A stretch of DNA of 64,000 bases from a phage, in sequence record PX915677.1. One strand, given 5' to 3'. The notes under the pieces are model-generated. The model did no database searches. It was not told the DNA's origin and worked only from the letters and a program-made list of their open reading frames with translations. Below are positions 38,662 through 48,190 of this stretch, piece by piece. A program made the position numbers and the translations under genes. Position 1 is the stretch's first letter, and every line of letters starts with the position of its first letter.

Positions 38662-39133
38662 ACTTCAACTTCTCCTTGTTATAAGCAATCTCTGCTTCCT
38701 CTGGAGTATGGAAAGTTCCTAAATGCTTAGTCTTTCCGTTAACTCCGATTATAGCTCTGAATTTTGTACCACTAGCCGTCTCTCTGATGTAAACACCCAT
38801 TGGAAGTTTTCCAGCTTTTCCGGCTCTATTGTATTGTTTTCTGTTATGACAGTTTGTAGATGGGTCAACATCTCTTAGGTTTTTAAGAGAGTCATCCAGT
38901 TTAATCTGGTTGATGTGATCAATCTCAAACTCAGGCATCTTTCCATAAGAGAAAAACCAAGCTAATCGACATGCTCTGTAAGATTTCCCTTCATAATAGA
39001 TGTACCTGTAACCTAATGTTGAGACACACCCAGCAATGTTCCCTGATACTCTCCTACCTTTGGTATTCTTCCACCTAAAGATTCCAGTATCAGGGTCATA
39101 TGCTAAGTCTTCTTTTATCTTATCAGTTAACAC
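38654..39133 (-). CDS. HNH homing endonuclease with AP2-type DNA-binding domain
   Basis: YRACRLAWFFSYGKMPEFEIDHINQIKLDDSLKNLR plus AP2-like GVYIRETASGTKFRAIIGVNGKTKHLGTFHTPEEAEIAY. Confidence 0.7.
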   Translation of the reverse strand: MLTDKIKEDLAYDPDTGIFRWKNTKGRRVSGNIAGCVSTLGYRYIYYEGKSYRACRLAWFFSYGKMPEFEIDHINQIKLDDSLKNLRDVDPSTNCHNRKQYNRAGKAGKLPMGVYIRETASGTKFRAIIGVNGKTKHLGTFHTPEEAEIAYNKEKLKYE

Positions 39134-39398
39134 CTAAAGCTGTATCCAAAAATGCTTTCAGGTTTGCTTCAGTCTGCATACCAGAGAGGCTGTAATGTGT
39201 TCCACTGTTACGGTCAGGTACAACAAAAGCAGGGATGCTTCGTACACCATACTTAACAGCTTGTTCACGACCATCACCTTCAAGGATGTTAATCTCTTCC
39301 ACTTCTACATCAAACTCCTTAACAACCTTCTCAAAGGTAGGAGCCATTGCTTTACATGGAGCACACTGATCACTATAAAACTTAATTACTTTAGGCAT
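39123..39398 (-). CDS. thioredoxin-like protein
   Basis: CxxC active site in FYSDQCAPCKAMAP, about 90 aa, SD aagga. Confidence 0.65.
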   Translation of the reverse strand: MPKVIKFYSDQCAPCKAMAPTFEKVVKEFDVEVEEINILEGDGREQAVKYGVRSIPAFVVPDRNSGTHYSLSGMQTEANLKAFLDTALGVN

Positions 39399-39407
39399 GT
39401 AAATCCT

Positions 39408-39586
39408 TATGCAGTCAGGAGGTGAAGCAGGAATGGGATAACAACAGCTACGATAACCATGATAGTTGATGCTGTTTGAATCTCACCTTTCTTATCAGGA
39501 GTTTCTTCAATAAGCTTACCAGAAGCCCAATAAATACCACCACCAATAAAGATAGCCCAAATACCCCATACGATTGCTGATAACAT
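39408..39586 (-). CDS. small two-TM membrane protein (59 aa)
   Basis: MLSAIVWGIWAIFIGGGIYWASGKLIEETPDKKGEIQTASTIMVIVAVVIPFLLHLLTA; SD aagga; preferred over listed ORF 39448..39720. Confidence 0.4.
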
Positions 39587-39646
39587 ATATCTATATCCTT
39601 ATAAATAAGTTCGCCCCACCTCGGGTTAGGAGACAGGGCGGAGGTT

Positions 39647-40210
39647 TTAGTAAGACACGTCACCACTTGAATGGGACATGTTGCTCTTGACGAAGTAGCA
39701 ATACTTGCCAAGACCTTCATTAATTTCTTGAAGCATACTCTGATCGACAGGGTAAGTGGCTAAATCGCCATCAAACTCATCCATCTTCTCAATAATACAC
39801 ATCAAGGTCATGCACATATCAGAGAGCATACCGTCCATGTCTAGATCAGCATTACCCTCTGAGAACCAAGCGTGGGATAGGTAGTTAGCTGCTGTAGCAT
39901 CCACTTTAACACAGTGGTATCGCATACGTTCAGCAATACGATCTCCTACTTGTCGTGCGTAATCTTCCAGCTCATCAAACATACCATGAACACCCTGAAA
40001 TCCTGCACCAGAAACGTTCCAGTGGTAGTTCTTAGCTTTGATATGCAAGAGTTCCATGTTAGCTTGTAAGCAGCTCAGGATGTGTTCTAGGCTGTTTGCA
40101 CTAATCATGCCTTGCATTGTTTCAAGGCGAGAGATTGAAAGCTCAGACCGGTCTAACATACTATAACTGTCACGACCAATCTCAGGTAAATCAAAGACAT
40201 TCTTATGCAT
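39647..40210 (-). CDS. Dps/ferritin-like protein
   Basis: NYHWNVSGAGFQGVHGMFDELEDYARQVGDRIAERM matches the Dps ferroxidase-centre region; start at MHKNVFD with SD ggag. Confidence 0.55.
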   Translation of the reverse strand: MHKNVFDLPEIGRDSYSMLDRSELSISRLETMQGMISANSLEHILSCLQANMELLHIKAKNYHWNVSGAGFQGVHGMFDELEDYARQVGDRIAERMRYHCVKVDATAANYLSHAWFSEGNADLDMDGMLSDMCMTLMCIIEKMDEFDGDLATYPVDQSMLQEINEGLGKYCYFVKSNMSHSSGDVSY

Positions 40211-40532
40211 TTGGGTTTTCTCCATCAAGTTCAACTGAGTTAGCAACATTACGTGCAATATTATCCATTACCTGCTGGGTAATTACGATGCAGTTCTGTG
40301 GGTCTACTGACTTAGAACGCCCCATTTCAGGGTCATACACCTTAACTCGCTTAGCAGTTGAACCTGTGACCTGAAGAACCTTCAACAGATATCCCTGATT
40401 ACCAATAGACCAAGCAACAACATCACGATTCTTGATAAAGCGACCAAGCATATCACGATGATAAAACTGTTGCATCACCTTGGATTTTGTAATCTCTTCA
40501 GTGGGCGGGGCCACTTTACTCAAATCTAACAT
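40203..40532 (-). CDS. hypothetical protein
   Basis: 109-aa ORF. Confidence 0.4.
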   Translation of the reverse strand: MLDLSKVAPPTEEITKSKVMQQFYHRDMLGRFIKNRDVVAWSIGNQGYLLKVLQVTGSTAKRVKVYDPEMGRSKSVDPQNCIVITQQVMDNIARNVANSVELDGENPNA

Positions 40533-40604
40533 AACTCTCTCCTGTAAAATACAAATTCTTATTGTACTCTATATACATTTGAGAGTTATCATATCTACTA
40601 CCAA

Positions 40605-40814
40605 TCAGTAGTAAATTACTTTAGACATAAAAGAACCAGTGTTAGGGTCTTCATACCAGCGATGTATGTCAGCGCTTTTTACTATTGTGCCCAGAGTCTT
40701 CAACTGTTTCTTAGCAATACGAGCCTCTTTGCGAGTGTCAAACAATTTGATGTTATCTTTTCTCATGTGTTGCTCAAGATTCCAAACAACATGAATAGCC
40801 CACATCTTTTTCAT
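40605..40814 (-). CDS. small protein, tandem triplet family member 1
   Basis: 69 aa ending ...VIYY; family shares W...R.EAR..KKQ...YY. Confidence 0.4.
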   Translation of the reverse strand: MKKMWAIHVVWNLEQHMRKDNIKLFDTRKEARIAKKQLKTLGTIVKSADIHRWYEDPNTGSFMSKVIYY

Positions 40815-41023
40815 TAGTAATGTACCTTTCCGCTAATATAAACACGACCAGAGGAATACTCTCTGGCCTTATGAATACTGATGCTCTTGATCATATCCAT
40901 ATTAAACATAGATTTTTTAAAATCTCGAGCTTGTTGGCGAGTGGGTAGTGCAGTCATAGTCATGCCACCTGATGCCCACTTAATCTTTGCTAACCAAAAT
41001 TGTCTCATGGTGATTGGTCTCAT
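40814..41023 (-). CDS. small protein, tandem triplet family member 2
   Basis: 69 aa ending ...KVHY. Confidence 0.4.
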   Translation of the reverse strand: MRPITMRQFWLAKIKWASGGMTMTALPTRQQARDFKKSMFNMDMIKSISIHKAREYSSGRVYISGKVHY

Positions 41024-41220
41024 TAATAATAAACCTTACTGTTAACACAAAAAGCACCTTCACTATTCACGATAGCTTTTCCTAGTGTAACCTTATTAAG
41101 TCTAAAAGTAGATTTGTATTGATTTTTGACCCTACGTGCGTGCTCTCGAGTCTTAACAAAATCTACAGCTACTAACTCTCCAGTCGTGTTGTCATGTACA
41201 CGAACAATCCACTTTTTCAT
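41023..41220 (-). CDS. small protein, tandem triplet family member 3
   Basis: 65 aa ending ...KVYY. Confidence 0.4.
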   Translation of the reverse strand: MKKWIVRVHDNTTGELVAVDFVKTREHARRVKNQYKSTFRLNKVTLGKAIVNSEGAFCVNSKVYY

Positions 41221-41754
41221 TTACACACCTTTAGATGCAACCACACCTTCAGAGTTATTATAACGACCCTTCACTGCGTAGGAATGTTCCCCTGCATGAG
41301 AGTGCTCAAACATAACCATTTGACCAACACGCATACCAGCACGAACTCGTAAGCTGTGGTGCTTGGTTACGTTATGGAATTCAAATGTCAGCTTACTGCT
41401 ATTAAATCCTGCATCTGCCCAACCGGCGTGAAGGTGGTTCAAACCACAACGAGCCATAGACGAACGCAAAACAAACAGGCTTGAGATGTTATCTGGAAGG
41501 TTAAACTCCTCCATAGAGTGAGCCAAGAAGAACTGACCCGGAGTGATAACCAAACCCTCTTCAGGAATCTTTACTTCCTTCCACTGAAGATTCTCTTTCG
41601 CATCAATATCAACGATGCCATCAGCCTGTTCTTCAACAAGGATAGTATCACCAATACGGATATCCACACTAGCAGCGTTAACATATTTATGCTCCGCATC
41701 CAGATAACCATTGTCAATTACATCGTGCAGTTCAATACTTCCTAGTAAACCCAT
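41221..41754 (-). CDS. dCTP deaminase (dUTPase-fold)
   Basis: LHAGWADAGFNSSKLTFEFHN...RVGQMVMFE pattern of the Dcd/dUTPase family. Confidence 0.55.
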   Translation of the reverse strand: MGLLGSIELHDVIDNGYLDAEHKYVNAASVDIRIGDTILVEEQADGIVDIDAKENLQWKEVKIPEEGLVITPGQFFLAHSMEEFNLPDNISSLFVLRSSMARCGLNHLHAGWADAGFNSSKLTFEFHNVTKHHSLRVRAGMRVGQMVMFEHSHAGEHSYAVKGRYNNSEGVVASKGV

Positions 41755-41763
41755 TCTTATTCC

Positions 41764-43077
41764 TTAGTTATTTTCGTCTATTTCAAAAGAGATTCCACGA
41801 CCCGCTTCATCGGCAAACCGAACTGTACGGGTTTGAGGCTGCAACACTTCAGGGTTGTTGGCAACAAATTGATCAGCGAGACTATCTCCCAAATCCTGTT
41901 CCATATCTTCATCAGTCCACACAGCCCTAACAGGTGCGTTGATATCACCAACAGCGAAACCCTGACCAGAGAACTGACGTGCGCTAACAGTTAAGCCGTT
42001 TGGTCGACCACGAGAGGGTCTAGCCATCCATCGCTCCATAGAATCACTTGTAATACCAAGAGCTTCTTCAAAAGATGTTCTACGAGTAGGGCTTTCTCTT
42101 CGTGACTCTTGTGCTCGACGCATTGCAGGGGCTACAAACACCCCTTCAATTGCATTGTGTCGGTTAGGTTCCTCTTCTCGACCAAGCAGATCACCACCCG
42201 TGTTAGTCGTTAAATTTGTCAACCCCTCAGACCAATACGCATGAATCTGACCAGAACCGTGAAGACTAGACATAATCTGAATCTCTTCATAAGGGATTCC
42301 AAAGAATCGACTCATGTCTCGGTTAACACAATATAGAGCACTTGTTGTATCTTCAATAAGAGAAACCTGACCTAATCCATTGACTAGATGACTAACTGGC
42401 TGAGGTGTGGGAAGATATCGAGTTTGGGCCATGTATTGATGCGCAACTGCTGGAGAGGAAAATCTCAACACTTGTGAGTTAGGCCACTTCTTGTGAACAT
42501 ACCTGATTTCACGACTAGAAACAACCACTGGACAAGGGGAAGTCATAGCCAAATATCCGTGAGAAGTCATGAATAAGTTGTCAAGAGTCATCGCACCACG
42601 GCACATCATAGGAAAATTATCCAATACCTCTTCAATAGAAGTAGGATAATTAAACATGAATTGGATACGAACCCCATTCCACTGAAACTCAATAATATCA
42701 GTGAATGTTAATTGAGAACCCCCAGCATAGGATTCGTTTGTAGCTTCAGCAAGAAGTGATGCATATTCAATATCTTGTGACTCTAGCCATTCCTTCACAT
42801 TACTTTCAATCTCCCGTCCAAGCTCTTGCCAACGATCAGTTGGGATGAAAGTGTTTTGAGTTCTTGGTGTTTGTCCTCTGACAATAAAGATATCAATGTC
42901 ATGTGGAGCTATGTTATTAAGGACAGCATCACGAACAGCCCCACCAGTAATGATGGGACAGATACCATCTGGAATCAAGTTGTTGTTAATCAACTGTTCA
43001 ATGAAGTGACGACCAACAGTGATATCAGGTTGTTGAGCAACCTTATCTTCAATTTGGTTAATCGGGATAACAATCAT
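41764..43077 (-). CDS. nucleotidyltransferase with CCA-adding/poly(A) polymerase-type head domain
   Basis: PIITGGAVRDAVLNNIAPHDIDIFIV closely matches the GGxVRD...DxD class-II tRNA nucleotidyltransferase motif; start at MIVIPINQ one nt after the exonuclease stop. Confidence 0.55.
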   Translation of the reverse strand: MIVIPINQIEDKVAQQPDITVGRHFIEQLINNNLIPDGICPIITGGAVRDAVLNNIAPHDIDIFIVRGQTPRTQNTFIPTDRWQELGREIESNVKEWLESQDIEYASLLAEATNESYAGGSQLTFTDIIEFQWNGVRIQFMFNYPTSIEEVLDNFPMMCRGAMTLDNLFMTSHGYLAMTSPCPVVVSSREIRYVHKKWPNSQVLRFSSPAVAHQYMAQTRYLPTPQPVSHLVNGLGQVSLIEDTTSALYCVNRDMSRFFGIPYEEIQIMSSLHGSGQIHAYWSEGLTNLTTNTGGDLLGREEEPNRHNAIEGVFVAPAMRRAQESRRESPTRRTSFEEALGITSDSMERWMARPSRGRPNGLTVSARQFSGQGFAVGDINAPVRAVWTDEDMEQDLGDSLADQFVANNPEVLQPQTRTVRFADEAGRGISFEIDENN

Positions 43078-43078
43078 T

Positions 43079-43636
43079 TTACATTTTCCAATATAATGAA
43101 GGTGGGTCGTAAGGGTCAAATCCCGTGAGTTCACACAAGAAAAGATAAACCTTAACAGTCAAGTTAACGTCCTGTTCACAATAAGTAAACATATCTTCAG
43201 TGAAAGCATCCCATGCTTCCTCTTGCTCACCGTAGTCACCTTTAAGTTCCTCTAAGAACTCACCCCATTGCTTCAAGCCGTGACCTCTTGGGCCACGTCT
43301 AGGGTCGCCTTTCGGATACTCAGGACTGTCGCCAATACGGTCAGGTTTAAGATATCGACTAAGACATAAAGTGTCAAAGACGTTAAAATTATATTTAATC
43401 AAAGAGGGATACATCTTCTTCAGAGCAGGTAAGTCGAAGTCAATAATATTATGACCCACTAGTACATCTGCTTCTGTCAGTTTACGAATCCCGTCTTCAA
43501 TTTGGTGAGGCCGATAGCCCCACCTTTCACCAGTTTCAACATCGAAGATATAAATACACCATACTTTAGTTATGTCATCGTACAGTGCATTACTCTCGAT
43601 ATCGAATGCAAACACTTTCTTCTTTTTCTTTACCAC
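43079..43636 (-). CDS. DnaQ-like 3'-5' exonuclease (stand-alone proofreading domain)
   Basis: Exo I FAFDIES, Exo [13 protein letters not shown], Exo III YCEQDV. Confidence 0.7.
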   Translation of the reverse strand: MVKKKKKVFAFDIESNALYDDITKVWCIYIFDVETGERWGYRPHQIEDGIRKLTEADVLVGHNIIDFDLPALKKMYPSLIKYNFNVFDTLCLSRYLKPDRIGDSPEYPKGDPRRGPRGHGLKQWGEFLEELKGDYGEQEEAWDAFTEDMFTYCEQDVNLTVKVYLFLCELTGFDPYDPPSLYWKM

Positions 43637-45420
43637 GGTGAAGCTCCATCTGCTTGGTTGACGAGAGAAGCTGCATCCTCTCCGTTAGTTAAAACGAATG
43701 GATTATCTTCATCAACTTCAAAGTCTTCCCTTTCTACAAGTCTACCGGTTTCGCTGATATACTTAGTATAACAGACACCTGTCTGACCGTAGTTACGTTC
43801 TTTCAGTAATCGAATGACTGAGAGGTTCTTAGCTAAGCCGTCAGCTTGCTTATCACGCTCAAAGCCAATGATACACTGACACCAACGCATAAGAGAACGA
43901 GAGCCAGTGAACTGTACTTCACGTACCTGTCCACCTTCTTCATGAGGAGCACCACCTGCCGGAGCATTAAGGTGAGATAACACGAAAGCGGTAAAGTCTA
44001 ATTCTTTACACATACCAGCAAGCTCGGAAGCAATCTTACTGATTTCAGTGTTAATCTCTGAAGGTGTTAAATGAGATACCAGAGCGGTAATGTTATCAAG
44101 GATGATGAACTTACACTGGTTTTCAACTACCCAGAAACGGATACACTGTTTAATGTCTTCCCATTCATTCTGTCCGAAGTTGTCATACAAGAAGAATTTG
44201 TCTGCATAACGAAGTGCTTCATTACGCAAATCTTCCTCGTCATATTCAACATCAGGTCGGTGGAAAGGAATTGATGCTGACTTACCAGCAATGTTCTTAA
44301 CAGACATGCCTACCTTCTCTTCCAAGAAGAAGCCACCTCCATTAAAACCATGCTCTAAGCACAGATGAGCAACCAGCTCGTGAGCAATGAGTGTTTTACC
44401 ACTCCCTACTCCACCACCAATTGCTACCACCTCTCCCCATCGAATACCGAAGGTCATCTCATTCAGAGTCTTCCACGGATACGGGATACCCCACTCCGCT
44501 TTCTTCAGAGCATCATCAAGACAATCAAAGATTGTTACAGCACCAGCAGGAGATTCCCGCTTTGCTGAATACTTGAGAATGTTGAATAACTCTTGACCAC
44601 GACCAGACAGAAGCATGTCATTCGCATCCTTAATCTCTTTCTCCACACCGTTGTATGGGAAGGTTCCTTTAGGAATACGAGCAAACTTGACATGAGGGAA
44701 TAAAGAACGACCTTTTGTTAAAGCTATCTCACCTGCATCATCGTTGTCCATGCAGAGCACAACCTCCTCAAAACCATTTACGAAGTCTCGGTTACGAGAC
44801 AACACAGAAGAGATTGAACCTGCACCGAACGGTAAAGAAACACATGCTGGTTTAATGTTTGTTGCATTTGTAAAAGCTGTAAGGACATGGAAACCTGACA
44901 TACAGGATAGCGGGTCTTCAAAAATGAAGAGCTTCTTGTTGTACACATCTCCACGTTGAGCTTGTGCCATACCAAACAAATCTGCTTCTTTCACACTGCC
45001 GACGTAATAGAACTTCTTACTATCTAGCAGCTTAACCTCGTACCCGACAATGTTTCCATCACGTTCACGAGGAAAGAAGTAACTGTCTGGTGTCTGACCA
45101 TCAGTTTGACTCAGACCAATGCGACACTCAAACCGCTCTGATACAGCTTTAGGGATTAAACGGCGAGTGAGTTCACCCTGAGGAAGCTCTAAGCAATCAT
45201 CTAAGACTTCTCTCAACTCTTCAGGGGATAACTCTTTCTTCTCGTTTGGAGTAGGTGTAGTGCCCTTTTCGAACACTTCGTAATTCCCACAACGGTTACA
45301 ACTTCCCCACTCCTCACCAGTCTCTTCGTTACGGAAGAGAATCATGTGGTTGTGGGTTTTATCACGACCATGAGAGATACATTCCTTACAACCTGTGTCT
45401 CCCAAAATGATCTTTGACAT
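43630..45420 (-). CDS. DNA primase/helicase (T7 gp4-like)
   Basis: N-terminal Cys4 zinc-binding domain, TOPRIM (LCMDNDDAG), DnaB-type Walker [10 protein letters not shown] and Walker B FIILDN. Confidence 0.85.
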   Translation of the reverse strand: MSKIILGDTGCKECISHGRDKTHNHMILFRNEETGEEWGSCNRCGNYEVFEKGTTPTPNEKKELSPEELREVLDDCLELPQGELTRRLIPKAVSERFECRIGLSQTDGQTPDSYFFPRERDGNIVGYEVKLLDSKKFYYVGSVKEADLFGMAQAQRGDVYNKKLFIFEDPLSCMSGFHVLTAFTNATNIKPACVSLPFGAGSISSVLSRNRDFVNGFEEVVLCMDNDDAGEIALTKGRSLFPHVKFARIPKGTFPYNGVEKEIKDANDMLLSGRGQELFNILKYSAKRESPAGAVTIFDCLDDALKKAEWGIPYPWKTLNEMTFGIRWGEVVAIGGGVGSGKTLIAHELVAHLCLEHGFNGGGFFLEEKVGMSVKNIAGKSASIPFHRPDVEYDEEDLRNEALRYADKFFLYDNFGQNEWEDIKQCIRFWVVENQCKFIILDNITALVSHLTPSEINTEISKIASELAGMCKELDFTAFVLSHLNAPAGGAPHEEGGQVREVQFTGSRSLMRWCQCIIGFERDKQADGLAKNLSVIRLLKERNYGQTGVCYTKYISETGRLVEREDFEVDEDNPFVLTNGEDAASLVNQADGASPW

Positions 45421-45446
45421 GCTCTTCCTCCTTGGAATCCTTGAGC

Positions 45447-45650
45447 TTAGTAGAACGAACGAATTTCATCCCACACTTGTTCCTGTTCTTTCCTATAAAA
45501 AGAAAGTTGGGTCTTGAACATCTCCACTGATGATTCAAAGTTTTTGGTTTGTGCAGCTTCAACGAAACGTTCATGTCGGTTGATTTTGCACCGTAGCATT
45601 AAATACTTGGCTTCAAGTCTCCGAAGAGCCTGCCTTTTCTCAAGATTCAC
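45447..45650 (-). CDS. hypothetical protein
   Basis: 67-aa ORF. Confidence 0.35.
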   Translation of the reverse strand: MNLEKRQALRRLEAKYLMLRCKINRHERFVEAAQTKNFESSVEMFKTQLSFYRKEQEQVWDEIRSFY

Positions 45651-46059
45651 TTTTCAGATACTCTGACCAGTCGCCAGATTCAACCAGAACATCTTGTTCT
45701 TCGTCGATGTGATAAATCCAAGCGATAACAGTTTCACCTGAGTCCATCTTAACAGCAATCTGAGTACGCTGATAGAAGCTGTCTTCAGGGCTACGTTTGT
45801 TGTAACCTTCCAGACGGTCATACGGACCTTCCAGACCTGCTTTGTCAGTAGCAAACACTTCTACACGAACAGGCTTATTGTTATTGCTGTGTGCGAGAGA
45901 GATGCTCGGGAAGTAGGAACCACCATAACGGAACAGATCAAAGTTGTCTTCAGTCCAACCTTCACCAATCGACTTAGCACCAGCTCGGTCATTAACTAAA
46001 TAGTTAGCTTGACCACGACGAAGAGAACCATAAGTTGCTACGTAAATTACTTCTGACAT
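45640..46059 (-). CDS. gamma-glutamyl cyclotransferase-like (AIG2/GGCT fold) protein
   Basis: N-terminal YVATYGSLRRG motif. Confidence 0.5.
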   Translation of the reverse strand: MSEVIYVATYGSLRRGQANYLVNDRAGAKSIGEGWTEDNFDLFRYGGSYFPSISLAHSNNNKPVRVEVFATDKAGLEGPYDRLEGYNKRSPEDSFYQRTQIAVKMDSGETVIAWIYHIDEEQDVLVESGDWSEYLKSES

Positions 46060-46060
46060 T

Positions 46061-46270
46061 TTAAATACCTTTCCAGTCTTTCATGATGTTTTCAATGTAA
46101 GCACACTGCTGATCAGTGGCTCCTGTTACAAACACTTCTAACCCCAACTGCTCACAGAAGGGATTAAGAATCAATATTCTGGTTTGCCCATACGAGTGAT
46201 GCTCTCGGTAGATAACACACCCAGCATCCCATACAGAATCAATGGCTTTACTCAATCTTTCATGTTTCAT
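46061..46270 (-). CDS. hypothetical protein
   Basis: 69-aa ORF in ligase operon. Confidence 0.35.
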   Translation of the reverse strand: MKHERLSKAIDSVWDAGCVIYREHHSYGQTRILILNPFCEQLGLEVFVTGATDQQCAYIENIMKDWKGI

Positions 46271-46323
46271 AAAACCTCCAGCTTATCCGAACTAGCCTCC
46301 TCTTTCGAAGAGGCTAAAGCAGA

Positions 46324-46509
46324 TTACTCTGTAATAAAGATTTTGATTACACCACAGATTGCTGCACTCTCAAATACTGCAACAGCTTCACTCCCCTGAA
46401 AGAAGGCCACTTTGCCGTCAGAGAAGTTAAACATGTCAGCATCTAGGTCCATAGCTCGCATATCACCAGCGTCGTTAGTATCTTTAAACAGAACTTTATA
46501 CTTATTCAC
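46324..46509 (-). CDS. hypothetical protein
   Basis: 61-aa ORF in ligase operon. Confidence 0.3.
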   Translation of the reverse strand: MNKYKVLFKDTNDAGDMRAMDLDADMFNFSDGKVAFFQGSEAVAVFESAAICGVIKIFITE

Positions 46510-46754
46510 AGATAGGTCACTCCTTTGTCTTGTTGTGCTTCAGAGATGATACGTTCTACACATTCCATAGAATACTTATCACCACGTTTCAGGAAAGTTA
46601 CAATTGCAGAGAATTGATTACCAATCATTCGCTGATTAGTAATACCCCACTCCTCACACAACTTACGCAACTCTTTACGAGAGCCTACAATCAGAGGCTC
46701 TTTTTGTTCCATCATTCCATTTTGTACTAGATCTTCCAATGAAAACATATCCAT
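46506..46754 (-). CDS. hypothetical protein
   Basis: 82-aa ORF in ligase operon. Confidence 0.35.
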   Translation of the reverse strand: MDMFSLEDLVQNGMMEQKEPLIVGSRKELRKLCEEWGITNQRMIGNQFSAIVTFLKRGDKYSMECVERIISEAQQDKGVTYL

Positions 46755-46760
46755 ATATCC

Positions 46761-47963
46761 TTAGTAGTTTACAACAGTGCCATCGTTCAGGGTAAGGCTA
46801 TTAATCTGCAACACACGACCAAGCTGACGATCACTAATTGGTGCGTTCCATCCAGAGCGGTAGAAGTTACGACCACAGAAGAACAAGATCACATTACTTG
46901 CTACAGTCGAACCGTTTTCAGGATGCTTGATGTTAGCGATATAATAACCACGACGCAGATTACGACGGGTTACTGGGTTGATCTCTAACCCTTGCTCTTC
47001 AACTTGCATTGTTTCAGGAACAGGTTCCGAAGATTCTTCAGCAACTGGCTCGGAGCTTTCCCCTGATAGTGCGTAATCCTCATCACCTGCTGGTGAAAAT
47101 GTTTCTTCTACTTCTTCCACAGGAAGTTCGTATGCAACACGATAGTCAGGCTCAACACCAGAGAAGCTCTTAACAAACTCAACGATGTTGTGAGTGTAAG
47201 TTTCCAGAGTTGTTCCAGTCAGTCCCGGAGCTGTGTTAACTTCCAGAACCCAAGCGTTAGTATTTTTACTAATCAGGTCAACAGCACCAAAGTTCAAACC
47301 CAGAGCAGATACAGCTTTGTGAGCTTGAATCAGAACTTGATCAGGAGGCGCGTCAGTGAAGGCGTTAGAATAAACCCAACCAGTATGATGGTTACGAATA
47401 TCTTCACGATAGGTTGACAGATCGCGGTAACCGTTACGACGAATCTTCTTCTGAACGTAAGTGATAACACCTTCGAACACATGAACACGCCATTCACGAC
47501 GTGGGCCTTGGATGCCTTTGGTGTACAGAGGAGCATCCGCAACACCTTCTCGCGCAAGACGAACAGTAATACCTTCTCCAGAGTGACCAGTTAAGGTTCC
47601 ACGTTCATAAACAATTTCATTCCGGTTCCAGTTCTGAGCTACTTCACGATCGACGGTGTATTCAACAGTTTTGACTTCAGCTAAACGCAGTGCGTTAAAT
47701 GCTGCAACTTTGTTAGCCGCTCGGTTCAAGGCAACCACAGAGTTCAACACAGTTGCGCCACCGAAGAAAGCATCATTGTATCGACGGTTTCCGTAGTTGA
47801 CAACAATATCACCAACACGAGAACGGTAACGAGAACCCTCTGATACCAGAGACATTACGTTAGCATTTAAGCGAAGTTCCTGAATCTTAGTGTTAATTGC
47901 AGAAGTAAGTTCACGAACTGAATCAGAAGGGCCATAAGGAAGAACACGGATACGAGTAGTCAT
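46761..47963 (-). CDS. ATP-grasp family ligase
   Basis: C-terminal AVDLISKNTNAWVLEVNTAPGL typical of ATP-grasp (RimK-like) enzymes; acidic Glu/Ser-rich C-terminal tail. Confidence 0.6.
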   Translation of the reverse strand: MTTRIRVLPYGPSDSVRELTSAINTKIQELRLNANVMSLVSEGSRYRSRVGDIVVNYGNRRYNDAFFGGATVLNSVVALNRAANKVAAFNALRLAEVKTVEYTVDREVAQNWNRNEIVYERGTLTGHSGEGITVRLAREGVADAPLYTKGIQGPRREWRVHVFEGVITYVQKKIRRNGYRDLSTYREDIRNHHTGWVYSNAFTDAPPDQVLIQAHKAVSALGLNFGAVDLISKNTNAWVLEVNTAPGLTGTTLETYTHNIVEFVKSFSGVEPDYRVAYELPVEEVEETFSPAGDEDYALSGESSEPVAEESSEPVPETMQVEEQGLEINPVTRRNLRRGYYIANIKHPENGSTVASNVILFFCGRNFYRSGWNAPISDRQLGRVLQINSLTLNDGTVVNY

Positions 47964-47965
47964 TG

Positions 47966-48190
47966 TTAGATACCTTTAAGTTTAAGAATTTCGTTACGAG
48001 TTTTTTGAATCTGAGCTTCAATTTCGAAGTAGTCATTGAACGCATCGTTCTCTACTTCATCGGATGGTGCATCAATCAGACCGAAAGCGAACGGATACAG
48101 CTTTCGCTGCTCCGTTACTAATTCGATATGAACTCCTATGTAATACTGTAGGAGAGTAATCTTCGGTTTCTTAGGAACCAGATTTGACAT
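47966..48190 (-). CDS. hypothetical protein
   Basis: 74-aa ORF. Confidence 0.3.
   Translation of the reverse strand: MSNLVPKKPKITLLQYYIGVHIELVTEQRKLYPFAFGLIDAPSDEVENDAFNDYFEIEAQIQKTRNEILKLKGI

Noticed and set aside
39448-39720. Listed 90-aa minus-strand ORF
   Set aside because: Overlaps the Dps-like gene; a 59-aa two-TM ORF (39408..39586) with a proper SD explains the coding signal better
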